Positions 51,369 through 60,138 of a DNA stretch of 64,000 bases are shown here, piece by piece (position 1 is the first letter of the stretch; each line of letters opens with the position of its first letter). The DNA is taken from contig SUXM01000011.1 of the NCBI GenBank assembly GCA_015060925.1, forward strand, positions 247 to 64,246, written 5' to 3'. Both the position numbers and the translations under genes were made by a program. The notes under the pieces are model-generated. The model had not been told where the DNA came from, did no database searches, and saw nothing but the letters and a program-made list of their open reading frames with translations. This DNA comes from Parabacteroides distasonis. Its GTDB lineage: Bacteria; Bacteroidota; Bacteroidia; Bacteroidales; Tannerellaceae.

Positions 51369-51458
51369 GGTTTAAATTACCCTTATAATAAAAGAATAAC
51401 CCCGATTGTTTCAAAAGAACTTTCGGGGTTTGTCTTTATATGTTACAGGATAATCCTT

Positions 51459-52943
51459 TTATCTTTTCTTTTTCTTTGTGAGATTACGAGCTAATTGGGA
51501 TGCAAAAGTTTTAGCGAAATAGGTAATAGCCGTACCGATTACAGTGGTAAGGATACCTTTGCTTCTGCTGTTATCAGAAGAACGTTTGCCTTTACGGCTC
51601 TCCTCTTTTTCTTTGCGCTCTTTTTCTTTTAATTCAGCTGCTTCTTGTTCCGCCTCTTCTCGTTGTTTGATGATTTGTTCAAAAGCCGATTCACGGTCTA
51701 TCAATGTTTCATACTTCCCGCTGATACGAGAGGAAGAATTAATTACATTCCGTTGTTCAGAAGTAATGGCTCCGATTTGGCTTAAAGGAAAAAGGATTTT
51801 CGCTTTTTGGACAATAGAAGGTGCTCCTTTTTCGTCCAAGAATGAGACTAAGGCTTCACCTGTTCCCAGTTCTAATATTTCTCGTTCTGTTTCGAATGCG
51901 GGATTCGGCCGGAATGTTTGTGCAGCAGCTTTTACGGCTGTTTGATCCTTAGGAGTGAAGGCACGTAACGCATGCTGTACTCGGTTTCCACATTGTCCTA
52001 AGATTGCTTCCGGAAGGTCTGATGGAGATTGGGAGATGAAATAGACCCCGATACCTTTTGAGCGGATGAGCCGGACGATTTGTTCTATCTTATCTGTTAA
52101 AACTTTTGAAGTATCTTTGAATAACATGTGGGCTTCGTCGAAGAAAAATACCATTTTAGGAAGTTCCATATCTCCGATTTCCGGCATCTTCTCATAAATT
52201 TCAGAAAGAAGCCACATCAGGAATGTGGAGTATAGTTTGGGTTGAAGCATTAATTTATCTGCAGCCAAGATGTTCATCACGCCCCGTCCGCCTTCTGTCT
52301 GTAGAAGGTCATAAATATCGAAAGCCGGTTCGCCGAAAAACTGATCACCTCCTTGTTCCGATAGAGCCAATAAAGCCCGTTGGATGGCACCGATGGAAGC
52401 AGAGGAAATGTTACCATAGGTGGTGGCATACTGCTTAGCGTTTTTAGCCACATAATCCAACATAAGCCGTAGGTCTTTCATGTCGATCAAAGGAAGGTGC
52501 TCGTCTTTAGAGATACGAAAAGCCAGTGTTAGAATCCCGGTCTGTGTCTCATTTAAGTCCATCAACCGGGCGAGTAACATCGCTCCCATATTTTCGATGG
52601 TAGTACGCATAGGATGTCCTTGTTCGCCATATACATCGTAGAATCGTACAGGACAACCTTCAAAATGCAAAGAGGAGGTCTCCATTCCCCATTCATTGCA
52701 CCGTTTTTCTATAAATTTGCTTAAGCTGCCGGTTTGTGATATACCGGATAAATCTCCCTTCATGTCTGCCATGAAACAAGGGACACCAGCCTGTGAAAAT
52801 GTCTCCGCCAATACTTGGAGCGTTACTGTTTTGCCCGTACCGGTAGCACCGGCAATCAATCCGTGACGGTTTGCCATTTTACCGATAAGATGTATAGGCC
52901 CTTCTGTGGAGTGAGCAATATAGAGTTGTCCTTCTTTATACAT
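51459..52943 (-). CDS. HerA-like ATPase (DUF853/YjgR family)
   Basis: ANRHGLIAGATGTGKTVT, FFFDEAH, IRSKGIGVYF, QHALRAFTP. Confidence 0.9.
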   Translation of the reverse strand: MYKEGQLYIAHSTEGPIHLIGKMANRHGLIAGATGTGKTVTLQVLAETFSQAGVPCFMADMKGDLSGISQTGSLSKFIEKRCNEWGMETSSLHFEGCPVRFYDVYGEQGHPMRTTIENMGAMLLARLMDLNETQTGILTLAFRISKDEHLPLIDMKDLRLMLDYVAKNAKQYATTYGNISSASIGAIQRALLALSEQGGDQFFGEPAFDIYDLLQTEGGRGVMNILAADKLMLQPKLYSTFLMWLLSEIYEKMPEIGDMELPKMVFFFDEAHMLFKDTSKVLTDKIEQIVRLIRSKGIGVYFISQSPSDLPEAILGQCGNRVQHALRAFTPKDQTAVKAAAQTFRPNPAFETEREILELGTGEALVSFLDEKGAPSIVQKAKILFPLSQIGAITSEQRNVINSSSRISGKYETLIDRESAFEQIIKQREEAEQEAAELKEKERKEKEESRKGKRSSDNSRSKGILTTVIGTAITYFAKTFASQLARNLTKKKKR

Positions 52944-53192
52944 AGTTTTGTTAGTCTATAAATTATAATTCTGTTTGTAAAGGTAGGTGATGTAGGTTAA
53001 ATATTCAACGTTTTTTTGTTTTATCTGTGATTTTATTAGAAAAAGAAAGGGTAAGGTGTGAAAATGCAAGCTTGAAAGTTGTCTTTTCTTGAAATATGTA
53101 AGAATGTAGATGATTATTTTTTATTTAAATTCTTTGGTGGTATCAATTATTATTCTACCTTTGCGGCGTTAATAAAGTTAAAGGAAGAAAAA

Positions 53193-53249
53193 ATGATGAA
53201 CAATGTGTTGCATATTCTCGTGGTGGTCCTTCTATTCATTAGTAGGTAA
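53193..53249 (+). CDS. ilv operon leader peptide MMNNVLHILVVVLLFISR (absent from the ORF track)
   Basis: 10 of 18 codons are Ile/Leu/Val; lies after a TACCTTTG promoter (53156-53163) and before the attenuator. Confidence 0.85.
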   Translation: MMNNVLHILVVVLLFISR

Positions 53250-53329
53250 GGAGAAAGGTGTGCAAGAAGTTGTGAAGTCATGTAAAAGATATTTCTTAAG
53301 CCTTTCTCCTTATAGAGAAGGGCTTTTTT
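53247..53329 (+). terminator. Attenuator (antiterminator and terminator) of the ilv operon
   Basis: Terminator aagcctttctc-cttata-gagaagggctttttt (53298-53329); taaggagaaaggt (53247-53259) pairs with gcctttctcctta (53300-53312). Confidence 0.85.
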
Positions 53330-53357
53330 GATTCTATATATAATTATAATGTAGATT

Positions 53358-55190
53358 ATGATGAAGAATCCGTTAAGAAGTTCATTCAGCACAGAAGGTA
53401 GACGTATGGCAGGTGCCCGTGCGTTATGGCGTGCCAACGGTATGAAAGAGGAACAATTTGGCAAGCCGATTATCGCTATAGTCAATTCATTTACCCAATT
53501 TGTGCCCGGGCATGTGCATTTGCATGAAATAGGACAGTTGGTAAAAGCGGAGATTGAGAAATTAGGCTGTTTTGCTGCAGAGTTTAATACAATTGCCATT
53601 GATGACGGTATCGCTATGGGACATGATGGAATGCTCTATTCGCTCCCTTCACGTGATATTATTGCGGATAGCGTAGAATATATGGTAAATGCACATAAAG
53701 CTGATGCGATGGTTTGTATCAGTAATTGTGATAAGATTACGCCGGGTATGTTGATGGCTTCCATGCGTTTGAATATCCCTACTATCTTTGTGTCTGGTGG
53801 TCCGATGGAAGCCGGGGAATTGGATAATCGCCATTTGGATTTGATCGATGCAATGATTGAGGCTGCAGATATGACTGTGGATGATGAACGGATAGCACAG
53901 GTTGAACGAAGAGCTTGCCCTGGTTGTGGTTGTTGCTCCGGAATGTTTACAGCCAATTCTATGAATTGCTTGAATGAAGCGATTGGTATGGCTCTTCCGG
54001 GTAATGGAACCATTGTGGCGACTCATGTGAACCGTACCCAATTATTCCGTGAGGCAGCTAAGCAGATTGTAGATAATGCTTATAAGTATTACCGGGATGG
54101 TGATGAGTCTGTCCTTCCTCGTAGTATTGCGACACGTCAGGCTTTTTTGAATGCGATGTCTTTGGATATAGCAATGGGTGGTTCAACCAATACGGTTCTT
54201 CATTTATTGGCGATAGCTCAAGAGGCAGAAGCTGACTTCACCATGGATGATATTGATATGTTGTCTCGTAAGACTCCATGTTTATGTAAGGTGGCTCCCA
54301 ATACGCACACCTATCATGTACAGGATGTAAATCGAGCCGGAGGTATCATGGGAATCATGAATGAACTGTTGAAAGCCGGTTTGGTGGATGGCAGTGTGAA
54401 ACGAGTGGATGGCTTGACATTGGCAGAAGCGGTAGATAAGTTTGCGATTACCTCTGCCCATGTGACAGAAGAGGCAATCAATAAATATAAGAGTGCACCG
54501 GCTTGCCGTTTCAGTATTCAAATGGGATCACAAGAAACCTATTATAAAGAATTGGATACAGATCGTACATCGGGATGTATTCGTGATGTGGAACATGCCT
54601 ATTCAAAAGATGGCGGTTTGGCTGTATTAAAAGGAAATATCGCTTTGGATGGTTGTGTCGTAAAGACGGCCGGTGTGGATGAGAGCATCTGGAAGTTTGT
54701 AGGGCCAGCCAAAGTGTTCGATTCGCAAGATGCCGCTTGTGAAGGTATTTTAGGAGGAAAGGTCGTTTCCGGTGACGTTGTGGTAATTACACATGAAGGT
54801 CCTAAAGGAGGACCGGGTATGCAGGAAATGCTTTATCCTACCTCTTATATCAAGAGCCGTCATTTAGGTAAGGAGTGTGCACTGATTACGGATGGCCGTT
54901 TCAGTGGTGGTACATCCGGTCTTTCTATCGGTCATATCTCTCCGGAGGCAGCAGCAGGTGGTGCCATCGGATTGGTGAAGGATGGGGATATTATCGAAAT
55001 TAATATTCCGGAACGAACCATCCAAGTGAAGGTCAGTGATGAAGAGTTGGCTGAACGCCGTAAGGCTGAAGAGGCTCGTGGAGAGAAAGCATTTACCCCA
55101 CCATATCGCCAGCGTGTCGTATCCAAAGCATTGCAAGCGTATGGTAAAATGGTTACTTCGGCTGATAAAGGTGGAGTAAGAGTGATATAA
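53358..55190 (+). CDS. ilvD: Dihydroxy-acid dehydratase
   Basis: [31 protein letters not shown]. Confidence 0.97.
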   Translation: MMKNPLRSSFSTEGRRMAGARALWRANGMKEEQFGKPIIAIVNSFTQFVPGHVHLHEIGQLVKAEIEKLGCFAAEFNTIAIDDGIAMGHDGMLYSLPSRDIIADSVEYMVNAHKADAMVCISNCDKITPGMLMASMRLNIPTIFVSGGPMEAGELDNRHLDLIDAMIEAADMTVDDERIAQVERRACPGCGCCSGMFTANSMNCLNEAIGMALPGNGTIVATHVNRTQLFREAAKQIVDNAYKYYRDGDESVLPRSIATRQAFLNAMSLDIAMGGSTNTVLHLLAIAQEAEADFTMDDIDMLSRKTPCLCKVAPNTHTYHVQDVNRAGGIMGIMNELLKAGLVDGSVKRVDGLTLAEAVDKFAITSAHVTEEAINKYKSAPACRFSIQMGSQETYYKELDTDRTSGCIRDVEHAYSKDGGLAVLKGNIALDGCVVKTAGVDESIWKFVGPAKVFDSQDAACEGILGGKVVSGDVVVITHEGPKGGPGMQEMLYPTSYIKSRHLGKECALITDGRFSGGTSGLSIGHISPEAAAGGAIGLVKDGDIIEINIPERTIQVKVSDEELAERRKAEEARGEKAFTPPYRQRVVSKALQAYGKMVTSADKGGVRVI

Positions 55191-55214
55191 TAATCTTCAA
55201 GCAACATATTTTCA

Positions 55215-56909
55215 ATGAAACAACAAATTACAGGTTCGGAAGCTTTATTGAAATCATTAATAGCAGAAGGAGTTGACACTATTTTTGGTTATCCGGGTGG
55301 TGCTGTGATTCCGGTCTATGATCAATTATATGATTATAAAGAACAATTGAAGCATGTCTTGGTTCGTCATGAACAGGGTGCAACACATGCCGCACAAGGG
55401 TATGCTCGTGTCTCAGGGAAAGTAGGTGTGGCTTTGGTTACATCCGGCCCCGGAGCAACAAATACCTTGACAGGTATTGCAGATGCAATGATAGATAGTA
55501 CCCCTTTGGTGGTAATAACCGGTCAGGTGGCTTCTCCATTGTTAGGAACAGATGCGTTCCAAGAGATAGATGTAATTGGTATAACATTGCCGATCACCAA
55601 GTGGGCATATCAGGTTCGTAAACCGGAAGATATTGCTTGGGCTGTCTCTCGTGCCTTCTATATCGCTTCTACCGGACGTCCGGGACCTGTAGTGCTTGAT
55701 ATTGCCAAAGACGCACAGGTCGGGTTGGTTGACTTTGAATATCAGAAAGCAGATTATATCCGTAGTTACCAACCGGAACCCTCTATTAAATCAGAACGGA
55801 TTCAAGACGCAGCGAAGTTAATTAATGCAGCAGAGAAACCATTCTGTTTGGTTGGACAGGGGGTGATATTGGCCGGTGCAGAAGAAGAATTGAAAGCCTT
55901 TTTGCTGAAGAATGATATACCGGCAGGTTGTACGACCTTAGGTTTGTCGGCTTTGCCTACTGATTTTCCTTTGAATAAAGGGATGTTGGGTATGCATGGC
56001 AATGTAGGCCCTAACCGTAAAACAAATGAATGTGATGTACTGATTGCCATTGGTATGCGTTTTGACGATCGGGTAACGGGTGATTTGAACACGTATGCCA
56101 AACAGGCCAAAATCATCCATTTGGATATTGATAATTCAGAGATAGGAAAGAATGTCCCCGTTGATGTAAAGGTGTTAGGGAATGCGAAGAAAACACTGCC
56201 TTTGATTACAGAATTGTTAGACAGCCGTAAACGTCCGGAGTGGAATGACGCATTTGAACCGGATGCGCAAGAGGAGTATGAAAAGGTCATCAAGAAGGAG
56301 TTGTATCCTACTGAAGGCTATTTGAAAATGGGTGAGGTGATCCGTAAAATTTCGGAAGCAACGAATCATGAGGCGGTGTTGGTGACCGATGTTGGACAGA
56401 ACCAGATGATGGGGGTTCGTTATTTTAAATACAAACAGACACGCAGTGTGGTAACCTCCGGTGGTTTGGGTACGATGGGATTTGGATTGCCGGCTGCTAT
56501 TGGAGCAAAGATGGGTGCACCTGAACGTACGGTTTGTTTCTTTACAGGTGATGGGGGCTTGCAAATGACTATCCAGGAACTGGGAACGATTATGCAAGAA
56601 CGATTGAATGTAAAGATCATCCTGTTGAATAACAATTTCTTGGGAATGGTTCGCCAATGGCAAGAACTATTCTTCCAAAACCGCTATTCGGCTACCGTGA
56701 TGGAGAATCCAAATTTTGTGATGGTAGCAAAAGCGTATGGAATTGCATCCCGAGAGGTACAGAAGCGGGAAGAGTTGGATGAGGCTATCCGTGAAATGTT
56801 GGAACATGATGGTCCTTATCTGTTAGTCGCAGATGTGGAAGAGAAGGGGTTGGTGTATCCGATGATTCCGGCGGGTGCGACCATTACCAATATATTGATG
56901 GGAGATTAA
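55215..56909 (+). CDS. ilvB: Acetolactate synthase large subunit
   Basis: FGYPGGA, RHEQGA, TSGPGATN, GDGGLQM, GMVRQWQ. Confidence 0.96.
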   Translation: MKQQITGSEALLKSLIAEGVDTIFGYPGGAVIPVYDQLYDYKEQLKHVLVRHEQGATHAAQGYARVSGKVGVALVTSGPGATNTLTGIADAMIDSTPLVVITGQVASPLLGTDAFQEIDVIGITLPITKWAYQVRKPEDIAWAVSRAFYIASTGRPGPVVLDIAKDAQVGLVDFEYQKADYIRSYQPEPSIKSERIQDAAKLINAAEKPFCLVGQGVILAGAEEELKAFLLKNDIPAGCTTLGLSALPTDFPLNKGMLGMHGNVGPNRKTNECDVLIAIGMRFDDRVTGDLNTYAKQAKIIHLDIDNSEIGKNVPVDVKVLGNAKKTLPLITELLDSRKRPEWNDAFEPDAQEEYEKVIKKELYPTEGYLKMGEVIRKISEATNHEAVLVTDVGQNQMMGVRYFKYKQTRSVVTSGGLGTMGFGLPAAIGAKMGAPERTVCFFTGDGGLQMTIQELGTIMQERLNVKIILLNNNFLGMVRQWQELFFQNRYSATVMENPNFVMVAKAYGIASREVQKREELDEAIREMLEHDGPYLLVADVEEKGLVYPMIPAGATITNILMGD

Positions 56910-56927
56910 AGTGAGGGAGAGTGAGTT

Positions 56928-57497
56928 ATGATAGAAAAAAAATTATATACAGTAATTATCTTCTCTGAGAATACAGTCGGTCTTTTGAACCAGATAACGA
57001 TTATCTTTACACGCCGGCAGTTGAATATCGAGACGCTTTCAGTATCTCCTTCTGCCATACCGGGTATTCATAAGTTTACGATTACTACCTTTGCCGATGA
57101 AAATATGATAGACAAGGTCGTCAAACAGATTGATAAACGGGTGGATATTTTAAAGGCCTACTACAATACAGATGAGGATTTGGTTTTCCAAGAAATCGCT
57201 CTGTATAAATTAAGTACGGAGAGATTCCTTAAAATGGGAACGGTAGAGGAGTTGATCCGCAAATATAATGTGCGGGTGTTGGAAATGAATGAGACCTGTG
57301 TGGTATTGGAGAAGAGTGGCCATTACGATGAGACACAGAACCTGTTTAAGGAACTGAGTGAAACCATAGGGGTTTTGCAATTTATTCGTTCCGGACGTAT
57401 CGCTATCACGAAAAGCCCGGTTGAACGGCTGAGTGATATGTTGGCCAATATGGAACGAGTGTTGTTGGAGAAGAAGAACGAAGATGGAAAAGAGTAA
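56928..57497 (+). CDS. ilvN: Acetolactate synthase small subunit
   Basis: ACT domain ENTVGLLNQITIIFTRRQLNIETL; RSGRIA. Confidence 0.93.
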   Translation: MIEKKLYTVIIFSENTVGLLNQITIIFTRRQLNIETLSVSPSAIPGIHKFTITTFADENMIDKVVKQIDKRVDILKAYYNTDEDLVFQEIALYKLSTERFLKMGTVEELIRKYNVRVLEMNETCVVLEKSGHYDETQNLFKELSETIGVLQFIRSGRIAITKSPVERLSDMLANMERVLLEKKNEDGKE

Positions 57498-58215
57498 GAT
57501 AGGAGAATTTCATTTTACCACAGAACCCTATTTGTCTGACTTCCGGGGGCGTGTGACAATCCCGATGATTGGGAATTATTTGTTGAAGGTTGCTTCGACT
57601 CATGCCGGACAAAGAGGATTTGGTTATAATGAAATGTCGGAAAAGCATACAGCTTGGGTGTTGTCTCGCTTGGCTATTGAGATGGTTGAATATCCGGCTA
57701 TTTCGGAAACAATCACTTTATATACATGGGTGGATGAGGTCGGACGACTTTTCACAAGCCGTTGTTTTGAGTTGGTAGATAGTCGTGGAAAGACGGTAGG
57801 ATATGCCCGCTCTATTTGGGCAGCCATCGATTTAACTACTCGCCGTCCTACGTTGTTGAATATAGAGGATCTAAGTTCATATATTTCGGATCGTCCTTGT
57901 CCGATTGAAAAACCGGGAAAGATTACAGCCGTTGAAAATGAGATGGAGGGAGTTCCTTACCGGGTTAAATATAGTGATTTGGACATTAATGGCCATTTGA
58001 ACAGCATGAAGTATTTGGAACATCTGTTAGATTTGTTCGATATAGAGCTGTTTAAGGCAAAAGATATTAAACGTATAGAAATCGCCTACCAGTCTGAAGG
58101 TAAATATGGAATGGAACTGATGCTGCATAAGAAAGAGATTGTTCCGGACAGTTATCATTTGGCGATTTGTAATGAAGGTAAAGCAATATGTAGAGCCTCT
58201 GTTACATGGATTTAA
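57484..58215 (+). CDS. Acyl-ACP thioesterase
   Basis: AWVLSRL, SDLDINGHLNS; start placed at MEKSKIG. Confidence 0.88.
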   Translation: MEKSKIGEFHFTTEPYLSDFRGRVTIPMIGNYLLKVASTHAGQRGFGYNEMSEKHTAWVLSRLAIEMVEYPAISETITLYTWVDEVGRLFTSRCFELVDSRGKTVGYARSIWAAIDLTTRRPTLLNIEDLSSYISDRPCPIEKPGKITAVENEMEGVPYRVKYSDLDINGHLNSMKYLEHLLDLFDIELFKAKDIKRIEIAYQSEGKYGMELMLHKKEIVPDSYHLAICNEGKAICRASVTWI

Positions 58216-58251
58216 ATAGAATTAGTTTTACATTTTAAAATAAAAAAGAAA

Positions 58252-59298
58252 ATGGCAATAATGAATTTTGGCGGTGTTGACGAAAATGTAGTAACCCGCG
58301 AAGAGTATCCGTTGGAAAAAGCAAGAGAAGTGTTGAAAGATGAAGTAATCGCAGTGATTGGTTACGGCGTACAGGGTCCGGGACAGAGTTTGAACTTGCG
58401 TGACAATGGTTTCAATGTGATTGTAGGACAACGTAAAGGTGGTAAAACTTGGGACAAAGCTGTTGCAGATGGTTGGGTACCGGGTGAAACCTTGTTTGAT
58501 ATTGAAGAAGCATGTGAAAAGGCGACCATTATACAGTATTTGTTATCTGATGCTGCCCAGATTGAAGTATGGCCACGTATCCAGAAATATTTGACTCCGG
58601 GTAAGGCGTTGTATTTCTCTCATGGTTTTGCAATCACTTACAAAGAACGCACAAACATCGTGCCTCCTGCTGACGTGGATGTGATTTTGATTGCTCCGAA
58701 GGGCTCTGGTACCTCTTTGCGCCGTATGTTCTTGCAAGGACGTGGTTTGAACTCCAGTTATGCAATTTTCCAAGATGCAACCGGTAAGGCTTGGGATCGT
58801 GTGATTGCTTTGGGTATCGGTGTCGGTTCTGGTTATTTGTTTGAAACAACTTTCAAGAAAGAGGTTTATTCAGACTTGACAGGTGAACGTGGTACGTTGA
58901 TGGGAGCTATTCAAGGTTTGTTGTTGGCTCAATATGAAACATTGCGTGAAAACGGCCACGAACCATCAGAAGCATTCAATGAAACAGTTGAAGAATTGAC
59001 GCAGTCTTTGATGCCTCTATTCGCTGAAAACGGAATGGATTGGATGTATGCAAACTGTTCAACCACTGCACAACGTGGGGCATTAGACTGGATGGGCCCG
59101 TTCCATGATGCAACTAAGCCGGTGTTTGAAAAATTGTATAAAGAGGTAGCTTGCGGTAATGAAGCACAGCGTTCTATCGATTCTAACTCACAGCCGGATT
59201 ATCGTGAAAAGTTAGAAAAAGAGTTAGAAGCATTGCGTAACAGTGAAATGTGGCGTGCAGGTGCTGTCGTTCGTAAATTACGTCCGGAAAATAACTAA
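58252..59298 (+). CDS. ilvC: Ketol-acid reductoisomerase
   Basis: IGYGVQGPGQ, FSHGF, APKGSG, SDLTGERG. Confidence 0.96.
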   Translation: MAIMNFGGVDENVVTREEYPLEKAREVLKDEVIAVIGYGVQGPGQSLNLRDNGFNVIVGQRKGGKTWDKAVADGWVPGETLFDIEEACEKATIIQYLLSDAAQIEVWPRIQKYLTPGKALYFSHGFAITYKERTNIVPPADVDVILIAPKGSGTSLRRMFLQGRGLNSSYAIFQDATGKAWDRVIALGIGVGSGYLFETTFKKEVYSDLTGERGTLMGAIQGLLLAQYETLRENGHEPSEAFNETVEELTQSLMPLFAENGMDWMYANCSTTAQRGALDWMGPFHDATKPVFEKLYKEVACGNEAQRSIDSNSQPDYREKLEKELEALRNSEMWRAGAVVRKLRPENN

Positions 59299-59327
59299 AA
59301 AGAGATAAAGCATTATTATGCAAAAGG

Positions 59328-59358
59328 AAAAGGGGTGTCAGTTTGGTACCCCTTTTTT
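59328..59358 (+). terminator. Terminator of the ilv operon
   Basis: aaaaggggtgtca-gtt-tggtacccctttttt. Confidence 0.8.
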
Positions 59359-59417
59359 CATGTTAATCTGTATCCTTTTTTAAGTTTTCATAGAAAACGC
59401 TGAACGCAAAAAGGTCC

Positions 59418-59602
59418 AAAAGGTCCAAAATATCCTATGATACTATTTAAAAAGTGCTTCATTCTCCAAATGTCCGTGAGAGTTCATAGAAATGTCCGTT
59501 TATTTTGCTTAAGTTTAGTTTATATTATTGTGTATTAATGAATTACGTTTGTTAAGAAAAAACGTATGTAGAAAACAACCATAAGGATATTTTGGACCTT
59601 TT
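59418..59602. promoter_or_regulatory. Candidate invertible promoter bounded by perfect 19-bp inverted repeats
   Basis: AAAAGGTCCAAAATATCCT (59418-59436) and its exact reverse complement (59584-59602); 147-bp spacer contains TACGTTTG (59544-59551). Confidence 0.6.
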
Positions 59603-59727
59603 TTTATTGCTCCCTCCTCCTTTTCACTTCCGACCAAGGACAAACGGATGCCTATGTAGTCAAAAAAACGTAGGCATCTTGATAAAGCCTCTTGCCGAAG
59701 TCTTCCCTCCTTATACCTTATATTTAG

Positions 59728-59856
59728 AATGTGTTGGTTTGGACTGCTGATTATTACGATTATCACTTGTTCAATATTGAAAAGGTGGCTGCTCCTGCAG
59801 GTGTAGTAGTTGTTAAGGTTGAAGGTGAAGCTGCTGTTAAGGCTATCGTAAAGTAA
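59728..59856 (+). pseudogene. C-terminal remnant of a DUF6383-type Parabacteroides surface/S-layer-like protein
   Basis: NVLVWTADYYDYHLFNIEKVAAPAGVVVVKVEGEAAVKAIVK*; strongly biased GCT/GTT/GAA codon use; in-frame TAG directly upstream. Confidence 0.75.
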
Positions 59857-59906
59857 GATTTACAATCTGAAACTTTTTAATTAATAATATATCGCTGCAA
59901 GTATCT

Positions 59907-59970
59907 CTGTGAAGAGCGAAAGCAGACAAAAAACAAGCGGTGAGGATTCGTCCCCACCGCTTCTTTTTTT
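59907..59970 (+). repeat. 64-bp direct repeat, copy 1 (contains a terminator)
   Basis: ctgtgaagagcgaaagcagacaaaaaacaagcggtgaggattcgtccccaccgcttcttttttt, identical to 61591-61654. Confidence 0.95.
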
Positions 59971-60138
59971 TATAAAGTTTTAAATCCATACAAATTGATA
60001 TCGTGAGAAAGATATTGATTTATATGGATAGTACTGCGGAATCTTTGTAAAAAAATGACATTCCGCATATTTATCTTTGTTTTTTTTCTAAACATTTTAC
60101 TTCCTTTGTCTTTATTAAAAAGACTAATAGGTTTTCGT

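Noticed and set aside
51459-52943. HerA-like ATPase as an anti-phage system
   Set aside because: DUF853/YjgR type with no adjacent nuclease or SIR2 partner
59515-59766. 83-aa minus-strand ORF
   Set aside because: Crosses the inverted repeat and the plus-strand remnant; no protein-like features
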